DNA of 63,963 bases, the filler included, from Thraustochytrium aureum (Eukaryota): NCBI GenBank assembly GCA_012862495.1. It is 9 parts of 6 records of this genome, joined end to end, with 100 filler letters (N's around TTAATTAATTAA, not from the genome) between each part and the next. Parts side by side here need not be neighbours in the genome. Positions count along the whole stretch, not along the records: positions 10,970 to 27,145 come from BLSG01000015.1; 8 more parts are not named here. One strand, written 5' to 3'. Made by a program: the position numbers and the translations under genes. The notes under the pieces are model-generated. The model saw only the letters and a program-made list of their open reading frames with translations. It was not told where the DNA came from and did no database searches. Below, in pieces: positions 11,089 through 23,800 of this stretch. Every line of letters starts with the position of its first letter. Positions within the stretch are counted from its first letter, which is position 1.

Positions 11089-13177
11089 CTACCTCAAGCG
11101 GGATAACCACCACTGTCCCAGACACCAAGGCCCCTCTTTTTCTTTGGTCTTGAAGGCGCTGTGCGGTACGGCTAATGGCGGAGCGAGTGGAATCTGCACT
11201 GGAACAGTGAGCCTCCCATCCCACAGTCCGTCGAAGACGAACGAAGAGACACGGTCATCCAGCGGCGACATGGCAGCAAGCATTGTTGGCCCACGCCCGA
11301 CGCTAAGCCATGCGAAGAGAAGTGCGGTCCCAAACGTTTCGTACGAACGAACCATCGAGGCCTCGATGACGACTTGCTTGTCGGTGCCCTTTTTCACGCG
11401 AAAGCCAAAGTTGTAGACAAGGGCTTCAGTTCTGTTGTCTTGGCCGGGGCACTGGTCGAAAGCGAGCTCAGTTCGGCGACACCCTTGCGTGCACATGCAC
11501 CATCCAGAATCAGCCCGACTTTTTGTCCCTTTCCCCGGCAGGGGACAGGGGTCGCAAGGCATGGTGTGGTTCTCGACAGCTCGCTCAGTTAGGTTTCGAG
11601 CCAAGTTGACGCAAGTCTTGGATGCAGGCGACCCAACCTGCGCGTTTCGACAATTTTTCACGAGCTGCTTGATTTCACGGTTGCCCAAGATGGCTCTGGC
11701 ATAGGCTTTCGTATTCCATGACTCACTCTTCTCGAATGAGATGTACGGGGTCAGGGTCTTGCCGAGCCTCGGCCCATCCGGTGGGACAATTGTGGCGTAC
11801 TCCGGGTCGCGCTCGCGCATAAGCGCGGCAATCTGCGCCTCCCAAAGTATACTCTGTACAGCGAGCCGAACGAACATGGATCCAAGTGTACCCACGTGTG
11901 TCATGTCGTGTCTGATCATCAGATCTTCGGACCAAAGGGTCACAGGATCACTGAAGCGATTGCTCAGGAGCACTCCCGTACTAGGCAAAGGAAGGAGCAA
12001 ATTTGGCACTGAGAGAACGGAGATGCGGGGTGAGTGCGATCGAATCACTCGTTTTGCGGTTTCAAAAGCACTCCAGTAGTTCTTCGCAAAAGTGGAGCTT
12101 GACGAGGACGGTCTTGTCTGTTGTGTGTTGGCAAATGTGGGGAGCGTAACCATCGCCTTCGAAACCGGCAGAAGAAGCTGCAGAACTGCAGCGTCTGGAT
12201 TCGTGTGCAGCAACTTGAGCAGTATAGACTCTTCGCACGAAAGCTTCATGTCGTTGGAGTGAACAGCCTCCGCATCGTTTACCGTGTTCTCGAAGACAAT
12301 CAGGTCCGCTTTTAAAACTTGTTTTTCGTATTCCCTTTTGAAGTGAAGAGACGCATAGCAACTCGTTCGCCCGCTGTATGCTATCGCGGATACTTTCTGC
12401 ATCCCGGGGTAAATCGTCTCAAGTGCTCGCTTAATCTGATTTTTGAACGGGTGAGTCCCGCGCCCGTCCGTGTTCGAGCCCCCAATGAGCCTGCAAATGG
12501 TTCGGTCGAAGCGCGTAAGCGTGTCTGCAAGAGCGCCATACTAAGCGAGGAGGAACTTACAAAACAGAAAACCCACCCTTCGCGCGCAGTTTCTGCCCCA
12601 ACGAGACGAGCGGTTTCGGATGCCCAATCTCGAAGATGTGACTGCGCTCAGTGAGGCGCTGGAATTCGGCTCTCTGGGCCTCAAACGGGCCATCCAGGAC
12701 AGCGTTGAGCGCTCCAACCGCATGCTTGAACACGAGCTCTACGAGTTCGCCGAGCGGTAGCTTTGGCCCAGTTTTTAAGCTGGCTTGTTCTGCCACCGAG
12801 AGGAGCTCAGCGGCTTCTTGCTCCAGCTCGGCTCGCACCTGCTCATTTGGAGTCGGCACGTGGTTTACGACCTCTTGAACTGGCGACTTGATTAGCTCTG
12901 AATCACGTTGCTTTTTGTCACTGTCGGACGTTGAGTGCCCTTCAGTTCCGTGGAGCGCGGTGTGGTTCTGCACAGCCGCCTTGGGAGACGTTTGCGGCGC
13001 ATCAACCAGTTCTGGTGTGCCTAACCCAGCGTCCACCGCTCCCGTTGCGTTTTCAGGAAGCCTCAGGCTGTCATTGCGTGCGGCCACCGGCCACAGTAGG
13101 CTCGGCAAACTGTTGCAATACCAAAGCAGCAGTACAGCTGCGAGGACAAACACCACGCGTGAGCGAGACTCGCCCAT
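11089..13177 (-). CDS. Type II membrane SGNH/GDSL-like hydrolase, two exons (intron 12491-12560)
   Basis: N-terminal TM (VVFVLAAVLLLWY); removing GTAAGT...TTGCAG gives GFSVLLIGGSNTDG (block I Ser), then SGRTS (II), FENTVND (III) and DMTH (V). Confidence 0.8.
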
Positions 13178-14399
13178 CTCCTCGTTGAGCTTTCAAGCTC
13201 GCTCGATAGAATCCGTGCGCGGTAGCGTCCTGTTTCGGCGTCGGCGACCTGCTGGTCGCTGTATTTGCTGTAACTCGTGGTTGGGCGTCGGTTCCTGTTT
13301 TTAAACGGGAGGACTCTACGACCTTTATCCGGGGACCTAAGTGCGGCACAAACCATTCAATCTGTCTAAATGCCGTTTTCGCTACCAAGAAGGAAAAGAA
13401 CCATCACGAATTTTCAAGATAAGGACGGAGAAACACGCCAGGCCGTCTCCTTTCGGATTTGTTTACTTGTAAGTAAAAGCGGGTCGCGCAGCGGCGCTTC
13501 GCGAAGCTGACAACATACATGCAGCTAACGTGACGAGGCAGTGGGGNNNNNNNNNNNNNNNNNNNNNNNNNNNNNNNNNNNNNNNNNNNNNNNNNNNNNN
13601 NNNNNNNNNNNNNNNNNNNNNNNNNNNNNNNNNNNNNNNNNNNNNNNNNNNNNNNNNNNNNNNNNNNNNNNNNNNNNNNNNNNNNNNNNNNNNNNNNNNN
13701 NNNNNNNNNNNNNNNNNNNNNNNNNNNNNNNNNNNNNNNNNNNNNNNNNNNNNNNNNNNNNNNNNNNNNNNNNNNNNNNNNNNNNNNNNNNNNNNNNNNN
13801 NNNNNNNNNNNNNNNNNNNNNNNNNNNNNNNNNNNNNNNNNNNNNNNNNNNNNNNNNNNNNNNNNNNNNNNNNNNNNNNNNNNNNNNNNNNNNNNNNNNN
13901 NNNNNNNNNNNNNNNNNNNNNNNNNNNNNNNNNNNNNNNNNNNNNNNNNNNNNNNNNNNNNNNNNNNNNNNNNNNNNNNNNNNNNNNNNNNNNNNNNNNN
14001 NNNNNNNNNNNNNNNNNNNNNNNNNNNNNNNNNNNNNNNNNNNNNNNNNNNNNNNNNNNNNNNNNNNNNNNNNNNNNNNNNNNNNNNNNNNNNNNNNNNN
14101 NNNNNNNNNNNNNNNNNNNNNNNNNNNNNNNNNNNNNNNNNNNNNNNNNNNNNNNNNNNNNNNNNNNNNNNNNNNNNNNNNNNNNNNNNNNNNNNNNNNN
14201 NNNNNNNNNNNNNNNNNNNNNNNNNNNNNNNNNNNNNNNNNNNNNNNNNNNNNNNNNNNNNNNNNNNNNNNNNNNNNNNNNNNNNNNNNNNNNNNNNNNN
14301 NNNNNNNNNNNNNNNNNNNNNNNNNNNNNNNNNNNNNNNNNNNNNNNNNNNNNNNNNNNNNNNNNNNNNNNNNNNNNNNNNNNNNNNNNNNNNNNNNNN

Positions 14400-14845
14400 T
14401 TTCGTCGCAGAATGCGAGGTCGGCGTTGCTGTAGGTTTTGACAGCCGTGGCCATCTCCGTCGCCGCGTACGTAGCGATGTTCCTGTGATCCGACGTCTGC
14501 ACAAGTCCCTCCTGCTCGCCCCAGAGAAACCTGTAAGCCTTTTCCATGCCCAGAGCAATGCACTTTTCTTTCGTGGGGCCTCTACACGACGAGGATACCC
14601 GGTTGATGCACAACCTAAAGAAAGCCGTGTCCACTGTCCAGGGCAGGCAAAGGTTCTCCTCGAGTGAGTACCATCGTAACAAATGCATTCGCTTGCAACA
14701 AGCCGCTTTGTAACAAAGGCATTCGCTTGCAACAGGCTGATTTGTTCGCTCCGGGGCCTCGCGGATCAAATCCATCAACCCAGGGACTCTGTGCGTTTTT
14801 GCTGGGATGCGGGACGTTCACGCAGTCAGAAAACTTTAAACCTCA
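14400..14845 (-). mobile_element. Degenerate Fanzor1/TnpB-like ORF, N-terminal part; runs into N gap 13547-14399
   Basis: LIREAPERTN..LLQANAFVTMVLTRGEPLPALD..TAFFRLCINRVS..NIATYAATEMATAVKT resembles the Fanzor1 N-terminal pattern as recalled, not searched; disrupted by frameshifts and a 34-bp tandem duplication (14677-14744). Confidence 0.5.
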
Positions 14846-14870
14846 CGTTTCTCCGGGTGTGGCAACACAG

Positions 14871-14935
14871 TGCGTACGGGACAAGCAGGTCGACGACCTT
14901 GATGCCGGTCTGGAGGATCTCCTCGCCAGCTCCGA
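14871..14935 (-). pseudogene. Isolated ~21-codon fragment of F1 ATP synthase beta subunit
   Basis: Translates SGAGEEILQTGIKVVDLLVPYA, matching the conserved EIL.TGIKVVDLL.PYA motif; the following GGKIGLFGGAGVGKT is absent. Confidence 0.75.
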
Positions 14936-15989
14936 GCAACGAGTCAAGAACAAAGAGAATCCTGAAGTACGTTTTGTACCGCCTGTTCGTGAGCGAATCG
15001 AATCACGAGCAGAGAGCACGTCGCCCTCTCATCAAGTGTCACCTTCTCCTCAGGTGGTAGCTAGCTCTCTTGAGAGAGAGATTACTGAGTTACTGAGCTG
15101 GTAGGCCTACTCACAGTGTACCCAGTGTGAGGACCCGCTTCGCCGGCGCAGACGTGGCCCCACGCGTCCTCACCGCCCATCACTCATCAGCATCATCATC
15201 ATCGCTCACCCCTGGTCTTTCCTTGAAGTGGATTCGCACGTGGCAAGGAAGTATCGGAGAAACAACGTGATACTGGGTCTAGCTAGAGGCATGGCCGGCG
15301 AATAAGGACGGGCTTCTCGTTTGCACACCCCGTTTTGGATCGTTGTACTTGCGCCAATCGTGGCAGTCCTAGGCGATCTTCGGATATTTAAAAGTATCCC
15401 TGCAATCAAACATGCATTTCGGTGACTTGAAAGATAAGCCCGGCATCACAGCAACGCCTCCAACGAGATTTGCTCAAAAACTCTCCAACCTCAACAGGCC
15501 GGCCCGTGAAGGGGTCTCCAAGTGGCGCAACAGACGCGTTACAACAACTCGGCGCACAAATAAATCTACCGTTCCAAGCTTCCACTCAAATTGGAAATAT
15601 ACTCATTTTTTCCTGATCGTAGTCTTCGATCGCCCACCACCCCTATCGCCGCGCGAATCGTCACTCCCGAGCATTACCGTGCGGGCTGCTCCTGCGTGCG
15701 ATCAATCAAACAATCAATCTTGATCAATCATCACTAACAAACCACTCTGTGCTCTCAGGGCCTCCTTCTCCTTCCCTCCTGCTCCCTGCCCCCCAGCGGC
15801 GATGCGAGAAACAGCGCAGCGGCGCGTCACGGGCGCCAAGTACGAGGGCGTCCGCCTTAAACCCTAACGCACGCACCGCCAACCCACGCAGCGCCTCTAC
15901 GAACGCCCTGCCTGCGCGTAAGGCGGCTACGGGTCGGACGGCGACACGCCTCTCCTTGTCACTCCTTCATCACACAGTCATCACAGTAT

Positions 15990-16021
<32 letters not shown>

Positions 16022-16160
16022 CAAGCAGGCAGGCAGGCAAGCAGTCTCGGCGCGGGCGGAGCGAGCAGGTTGGTGGGCGTTAACTTGACTCGCGAGTACT
16101 CTCCGGTGGCCTGCTGCAGGCAGGCAGGCAGGCAGGCAGGCAGGCGAGCAGGCAGGGAGG
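15990..16160. repeat. (GGCA)n microsatellite blocks
   Basis: Two runs of CAGG/GGCA tetramers at ~15990-16040 and ~16116-16155. Confidence 0.85.
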
Positions 16161-16637
16161 CGGGCGGGCGTTCGTCGTTCTTGGTGGCTTGTCACGCGGC
16201 GACCAGACGGTAGGCAAGACGGTCTGGCGTCTGTCGGACTCTAACGAACGAACGACGCGACGGGGCTGGACCTGTGCGAGAGTACGTGCTGGCGTGTTTC
16301 GGCCTGCGAGCGCGCGCGGAGCGGCCAGCGTGCGCGGATCGACCGCTGCACGCCAGCGGACACACGCACGCCAGCGGACACCGTAGCGCGGGTGGCGTCG
16401 GGCAGGCGGAGAGCACCGCGTGCCGGCGGACCTCGCGTCCGTACCTCCTTCCTTCCGTGCTTGCGTGCGTGCGTCTGTGCGGGCGGCACGCAGGCGATCA
16501 GGCTTGCGTTTTGCGGCCTGCTTTGTTCAGTTGTTCGGCCGGTGCTGTCACAGGCTGGCTGGCTGGCTGGCTGGGCCGGCGGCGGCCGTGCCAGCGTGCG
16601 ACGACGGCAGCGCAGCGCACATTCGCGCTTGGCGGCG

Positions 16638-17379
16638 ATGGCGGCGGAGCGGCCCGCGCTGTGCTTTGCTGAGGAGGTGACGGTGGTGGAGTATCTGCTG
16701 AGCACGGAGGAGCGCGAAGAGAAGAAGCTGGCGTTCAGGAGGGCCAGCAGGAGGAAGCTGAGCAACAAACGCAGGCGAGCGGGGATTCCGACGATCGACC
16801 TGCCGACGCCAAACGCGCTGGGCAAGAACAGAGCGTCGCGCGTGGACCGGTGGCTTTTGGAAACGCCACCCACGCCCATGGTGAGGTACTTTGCCTCGTC
16901 GAGCTCGTCGAGACGCAGGACGGCCAAAGTAGCAGCGCCGCAACCGCCAACGCCCGCTGCGAGCTCTGCGCGATTCGGCTCGCCAGGGCCTGTCGCTGCG
17001 AAACCGTCGCGCTCGGTAGTCGTCGTGCCCCACTCGAGGCCACAGGCATGCGCAGACCTCGATCCGTTCCAGGTCCCCGAGTGGGCTGCCGAGTCGGACG
17101 ACGAAGACGCGCTTGAAGATTCCTCCACGACGCACCGCGCATCGCAGGCGAAGGAATCACGTACAAGGCCCGAGGAAGCAACACCAGGCCACGAGGCGCA
17201 CAGACAAGGCAGGGCGAAATCTGGCGCGGAGAAGCAGCCGGGCGACGACGAAGAGGAAGTGGACGAGGGGCACGAAGAGGAGCACAAAGCTGCCGAGGAC
17301 GGCTTGCGCGCTGAGAGGAGCGGATCCGTAGACTCGGTTGACGCAACAGCAATCGCGACACCACCCACCCGCCGCCGAC
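16638..17379 (+). CDS. Hypothetical low-complexity protein, 3' end in gap
   Basis: Open frame MAAERPALCFAEEVTVVEYLLSTEEREEKK..., with coding-like codon use and acidic/basic blocks. Confidence 0.55.
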
Positions 17380-18039
17380 NNNNNNNNNNNNNNNNNNNNN
17401 NNNNNNNNNNNNNNNNNNNNNNNNNNNNNNNNNNNNNNNNNNNNNNNNNNNNNNNNNNNNNNNNNNNNNNNNNNNNNNNNNNNNNNNNNNNNNNNNNNNN
17501 NNNNNNNNNNNNNNNNNNNNNNNNNNNNNNNNNNNNNNNNNNNNNNNNNNNNNNNNNNNNNNNNNNNNNNNNNNNNNNNNNNNNNNNNNNNNNNNNNNNN
17601 NNNNNNNNNNNNNNNNNNNNNNNNNNNNNNNNNNNNNNNNNNNNNNNNNNNNNNNNNNNNNNNNNNNNNNNNNNNNNNNNNNNNNNNNNNNNNNNNNNNN
17701 NNNNNNNNNNNNNNNNNNNNNNNNNNNNNNNNNNNNNNNNNNNNNNNNNNNNNNNNNNNNNNNNNNNNNNNNNNNNNNNNNNNNNNNNNNNNNNNNNNNN
17801 NNNNNNNNNNNNNNNNNNNNNNNNNNNNNNNNNNNNNNNNNNNNNNNNNNNNNNNNNNNNNNNNNNNNNNNNNNNNNNNNNNNNNNNNNNNNNNNNNNNN
17901 NNNNNNNNNNNNNNNNNNNNNNNNNNNNNNNNNNNNNNNNNNNNNNNNNNNNNNNNNNNNNNNNNNNNNNNNNNNNNNNNNNNNNNNNNNNNNNNNNNNN
18001 NNNNNNNNNNNNNNNNNNNNNNNNNNNNNNNNNNNNNNN

Positions 18040-19299
18040 GGCCTTCGCAGCGTCCTCCTCGTCGTCAGAGTCAGGCCGCCCCGAGGAGTCGGTGGCTCCC
18101 TTTCCATGAGATCCCTTGCTGTGCTTCCGGTTGGTAAAACCGGCCGTCGCCGCCGACCCACCGTCTGCGGCAGCGCTGTTTGCGCGCCGCTCCCTCTTCT
18201 TCCGCCTCTTGCGCCGCAGCGCGCTCGCGCGTGACGGACTGCCCTTTTGCACAGCTTCCTGCACCGCGAGCTCCTGCCGCCGCTTCTTCTTTTGCCGCTC
18301 ACGGAGGTTGGCGCGTTCCAGGTTGTTGACGATGACGGCGATGAACAAGTTGACGCAGATAAACGTCTCCAAAACGATAAACACCGACAAGAGCAGCATG
18401 AGCTGCGGCGCCAAGTCAGGGTTGTCCGCATATACGACATAATAGTACTCGCCCCAGTCGTCCAGGGTGATGATCTGGAACAAGCTAAACATGGCCAGCC
18501 AGAGGTTGCCAAAGCGCTGCGGGATAATCTGCTGGTACAGCGTCACGAAGATGATGGCGAAGGCGTACAGGATCAGCATCAGCAAGAGCATGATGGAGCC
18601 CATTGCTGGGATTGACTTGAGCAGCGTCACGATGATAACCTGCAAGTTACTCAAGAAGCTCACCGCTCGCATCGCGCGCATCGCGCGCAGTGCCTTAAAC
18701 ACGCGAAACAGACGAAAGATTGCTGGGGAGATGCTCGACACGTTGTTGAGCGCCGTGTACACCGCCGTCTCGATGATGCTGATCGACACAATAAAGGCGT
18801 CGAAAATGTTCCAACCGGACTCGAGGAACCGAGATTGGTGCGCAAACAGCTTGAGGCTAAGCTCCAGAATGTAGATTCCCATCAGCACTTTGTCGCAGAC
18901 GTCAAAGTAGTAGGCTGCCGCCAGGTTGGTCGAGTCGACCATCTGCAGCGTGATCAGCACGCTGTTGAAGATGATGATCCCGAGGATAAAGTTGTTGAAC
19001 GCGGTGCTCTTCACGAGCCGGTGCACAAAAATCCTCATCGGGCTCCATTTCACCTTGGCTCCTTCCTTCGACCTGGAGCGACAGCAGCAGCAGCAGCAGC
19101 AGCACAGCAGCCTTGCAACGGTCGAGCACCAAGAGCTCCGCTCCCCGCTCTCGCCCACGCTCCCGTCATCTGCCACCAGCAGGGTGGAAAACTGCTTGAC
19201 AAAGTCGAACCTCTTCCTCTCGCCACTGTCCGCTTCGGCTCCAGCGACCTCCGGGACGATCAGCCCCGGCCTCTTCGCCGAGACCCCAAACACGCCCAT
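18040..19299 (-). CDS. Single-domain voltage-gated Ca2+ channel, CatSper alpha (CatSper1-like); start uncertain, 3' end in gap
   Basis: Six TM helices; S4 FRLFRVFKALRAMRAMRAVSFL; pore FSLFQIITLDDW; S6 NLFIAVIVNNL; coiled-coil tail. Confidence 0.85.
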
Positions 19300-19499
19300 C
19301 CCTGCTTTCCAACCGGGCGGCAACCGACAAGCCAGCCGAGACCACGGCCAGGCCGCAAGCCGAAAACAAACGAGACACAACCACGGCACGACCACGACAC
19401 GACCACGACGAGCACGAGCTCGACGAGTGCCGCGGACACGACCGCGTTGGTGCTTTGCCCCGGCTTTTGCGCGCAACATCAATCTGACCGTTGAAAGAA

Positions 19500-19600
19500 C
19501 AAAAGAGCAACAGCAACAACAGCAAAAACAACAACGACAACAACGACAACAACAAGAGCAGCAACAACAACGACGACGACAGCAAAAGCAAAAACAGAAG
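19500..19600. repeat. (CAA/CGA/CAG)-rich microsatellite upstream of the channel gene; a (CAG)n run also lies at 19082-19110
   Basis: Direct inspection. Confidence 0.8.
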
Positions 19601-20845
19601 ACCTCGTGTGCGTCAAGGCGCCTTGCAAAGCGCCCTCACTGGTAGCCAAGTACCTGCCAGTGGATGGATTACGCGAGCTGCAAGCGAACTAGCTCGACGG
19701 CGACAGCTCGCTCGCGGCCTTGCACCGGCTTGGACTGCAGAGGTGGGGTCGGCGGAATCGAGGTTGGACGCCCTGTTTTGGGCTGGTTATGTTCGGGGTT
19801 GTAGGGTTTTTTGCTGAGCAGCCTGCCGCGCCACGTCGCGACTCGGCCCGGAGCTCTTCGCCCGCAAAACCGATCGGGCCGCAGCAGCTGCTCACTTCAT
19901 CATTCGTCAGGCCCTTCGCCGGCCCTGGAGTTTTGGTTGCGGTTCCGGATCCTACGGGACCGGCTTCCAGCACGCGGCGTCTGTCGCGTGTTTCAGGCTG
20001 CCTACGGAGGCACGCAGCTTCTTTACCCCAATAACACCATGTCATGGGTCATCCATCACTGGCCCCATCGGGTCGCTTTATCTTGAAAGTCCGCTCTGGT
20101 CTGGGAGCTCCCATCTCCAACCCTGGCCTGGACGGACGGGCTTGGTCACGGCGCGGCGCTTCGTTATGCTGCACCTGCTTCTCCAGCTCACGTTGCATCT
20201 GGTCGTGCTTGGCGTCCGGCAGCGCCACGCGAGGGTTTATGTAGTTGCGTTTGTTGAAGGTGTTTCACCTCAGCTTTGCTTGTGCGGGCATGGTTGGCTG
20301 CGCTGCGGCTGCCAAAGTGGCGGGCCGCTCTTTGGCCTTTCTGAGACAGCGCCAACGCTGATAGATCATGGTTTGCCGTTCCTCGAGCCGTTCCCCACTG
20401 CGCAGAGTTCCAGCTTTCACCGAACTCCTGGTCGTCGAAACGCCTCTCTGCGCGCCAATGGCAGCGAGGCAGAGAGGTTCACTGCCTACTCCCTCCGTTC
20501 GCACTGCGCGTCACGAAACGAGCCTCTCTATACCCTGCTGCCACCAATCTGACCCCAAGGCGACCCGGCGCAAACGTAGCAGGCCACAGGACCGCTCCCG
20601 CAAGCCTCGACGATGCCGTGCGCGACGTCGGCGAAGCAAAGAGCTGCATGCGCGCTACACTCGTCCGAAACAACAACCAACAACGCAGGCAAAACATCAA
20701 CGACATCAACAACGAACGACCTCGACGTCCTTGCTGCCTTTTCTACGGCGGGCGCGCAGACCAAAGCCAACGCGCACGACAACAGCGCGCACGACATCAA
20801 CAGTACGTTCTCGCTGCCATCGTAGAGCGAACGCGCCAGCTAGCC

Positions 20846-23800
20846 ATGCCAACGCAGACCAAATCCAACGCGCACGACACCAATATCAACGACAACAACG
20901 ACGACAGGCAGGCGCCCGGCCCGCATCAGCATCAGCACCCTTCACCAGCCGCGCCAATGGCGTCCCCGTCACGAGCTCAACTTGTAGCTCTAGTCTTCGA
21001 GCTTCTGGGCGACTCTGTCGTTGACGAAGCCAGGACCTGGACCTGGCCAGATCCTCGACGCCAAGGTCGCGGAGAGCGGCGCGGGAGCGGCGCGCTGGGC
21101 GGCGGCGGGCCCATGTACGAGTCGCACTGGCTGGACCTGGTCCGGCAGTGGCGCGAAAACCCTGCGCAATGGCGCCGCAAGGTGCTGGACGAGGTGCTGA
21201 ATGGCAAGGGCGTGCCGCCCACGGTGCGCGCCAGACTCTGGCTCGAGGCGAGCGGCGCGGCGGCGCGCAAGGAACGGTTTGGCGATGTGTATGCGGGCTA
21301 CGTGGAGCAGGCGGCGGGGCTCGTCGCTAGAGGGGAGCAGGCGTTTGCGCAGGTGGAGCTGCAGATCCGCAAAGACGTTCGACGGACGTACCCGTTGTTT
21401 ATCAAGCAGCGAGCGAGCGCGTCCGCCTCCGATGCTGCCACGCAGCTCCAGCACGAGCTGGTGCGCCAAGCGAGCGAGGCCTCCATCGACTCGGTGGCGT
21501 CTGCTGCAACAATTGGCTCAGAAGCTTACTCTAGTGCAACCGACGAGCCAGGACCCTCGGCGGCATGGAAGCCACACGAGAGGTCCCTGTACAACGTACT
21601 CTGCGCCACTGCGCTGTGCGGCGAGCAAGCCAGCTACCACCAAGGAATCAACTACGTGGCGGCCCTGCTGCTCATCTCGCTTCACGACTCGCAACAGGGC
21701 GGCGCCGCTGGCGCGGCATCTTGCGGCTGGGCGCAAGCCGAGGAAGACGCCTTTTGGGTGCTCTTCGCGGTTCTGCAAGACTACCACCTAGGTGGCATTT
21801 ACGAGTTCAAAAGCTCGTTCCTCCAGCAGTTTCTAGACCAGTTCGACCTCCTCGTGCGCCGTTTTCACCCGCGACTGCACCAGCATCTCGAGCTCGGACT
21901 CGAGCCCGGGTTTCCCGTCGTCCTCTTCGCCATGGAGTGGTTCACAACCGTCTTCTCCTACAGTCTGCGCCTCGACGCCGTCTTCCTGGTCTGGGACCTC
22001 TTCCTCGTGGCCCGCCTCGACGAAGCCCTATACGTGGCAGGCCTTGCCATCCTCGAGCGTCTCAAGCCCAAGCTCCTCGCCGTCCGCTCCTTTGAAGAGA
22101 TGGTTGGCTGTTTCAAAGCCCTCGTCGCTGGCATTCGCGCCAAGGAGCTTCGCGACGCCATACGCCAGGTTGTGCAACGCATCGTGCCGTCGGCGCTCAT
22201 CCCGCCAGGGCGCTCCACCCTCGCCGTCATCAACAGAGAAATGCACGACGAGACCAACGTTTTCAACACGCACGACTATGACGCCACCCAGTTTGTGGAC
22301 GCCGTGCAGGTCGGAGACGCGCGCACCACGCTGGTCGAGCTCAAGAAATACCGGCTCCCAGTCGCCCTCGTCGAGCAAGCATTGCTTCGGGCCTCGTTCC
22401 TTGGCTTCGCCAGAGTGGTGCAGGTTCTTCTCACCGCCTGCGACGCCTCGTGCCGCCACTCGCTGAGCCAGGTAGAAGGCCTCACGCCGTTGCACGTTGC
22501 GGCGCTGATGGGCCACCCAACCGTCGCGCGCGTGCTGCTGCACGCCAGAGTCGACCCAAGCCTCCGTTGCTACTCGGAAATTTTGCGGCCCCTTGTTCGC
22601 GCGGCGCGCATCGACCAGCGCGAGGACGGCTACACAGCGCTAGACCTCGCTCGCGCAGTCGCCGCCGCGCGGGGTGTGGAGACCTCTGCTCTGCTCAAGG
22701 TCTTGCAAGGCGACGTCTGCTTAAGCTGTGGTCGCCTGCTCGAAGAGCGACGCGGCAGCACCGCCTCGAGCCCGCTGCATGCGCTCTGGGACGCGGTCCG
22801 CCCGGACTGGGACCAAGCCGTAAAGCGTGGCATCCCCAAGGCGCAGCACTGGGACGGCGACTATTGTGCTGAGTGCGACGCCGCACGTCGCGCAACGAGC
22901 GCGCCACTGCGCGCGCTCCTAGACCTGCCTCTCGGGCCAGCGTCCTGGCACTGCCGCCACTGCCGGGGACTCCTCCTTGGCGAGCGGGCCGTCAAGTGCA
23001 TGCGTTGCATGGCTTGCTTTTGCGCCTCGTGCGCGTTCACNNNNNNNNNNNNNNNNNNNNNNNNNNNNNNNNNNNNNNNNNNNNNNNNNNNNNNNNNNNN
23101 NNNNNNNNNNNNNNNNNNNNNNNNNNNNNNNNNNNNNNNNNNNNNNNNNNNNNNNNNNNNNNNNNNNNNNNNNNNNNNNNNNNNNNNNNNNNNNNNNNNN
23201 NNNNNNNNNNNNNNNNNNNNNNNNNNNNNNNNNNNNNNNNNNNNNNNNNNNNNNNNNNNNNNNNNNNNNNNNNNNNNNNNNNNNNNNNNNNNNNNNNNNN
23301 NNNNNNNNNNNNNNNNNNNNNNNNNNNNNNNNNNNNNNNNNNNNNNNNNNNNNNNNNNNNNNNNNNNNNNNNNNNNNNNNNNNNNNNNNNNNNNNNNNNN
23401 NNNNNNNNNNNNNNNNNNNNNNNNNNNNNNNNNNNNNNNNNNNNNNNNNNNNNNNNNNNNNNNNNNNNNNNNNNNNNNNNNNNNNNNNNNNNNNNNNNNN
23501 NNNNNNNNNNNNNNNNNNNNNNNNNNNNNNNNNNNNNNNNNNNNNNNNNNNNNNNNNNNNNNNNNNNNNNNNNNNNNNNNNNNNNNNNNNNNNNNNNNNN
23601 NNNNNNNNNNNNNNNNNNNNNNNNNNNNNNNNNNNNNNNNNNNNNNNNNNNNNNNNNNNNNNNNNNNNNNNNNNNNNNNNNNNNNNNNNNNNNNNNNNNN
23701 NNNNNNNNNNNNNNNNNNNNNNNNNNNNNNNNNNNNNNNNNNNNNNNNCGAGTTTTACACAATCTGGAACCCGTCGCAGCTCGGCAAGGTCGACAAGCTG

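Noticed and set aside
16735..18039. ORF track extends the channel to 915 aa, and several other ORFs run through long X stretches
   Set aside because: Produced by reading through N gaps of estimated length; frame continuity is unknowable.
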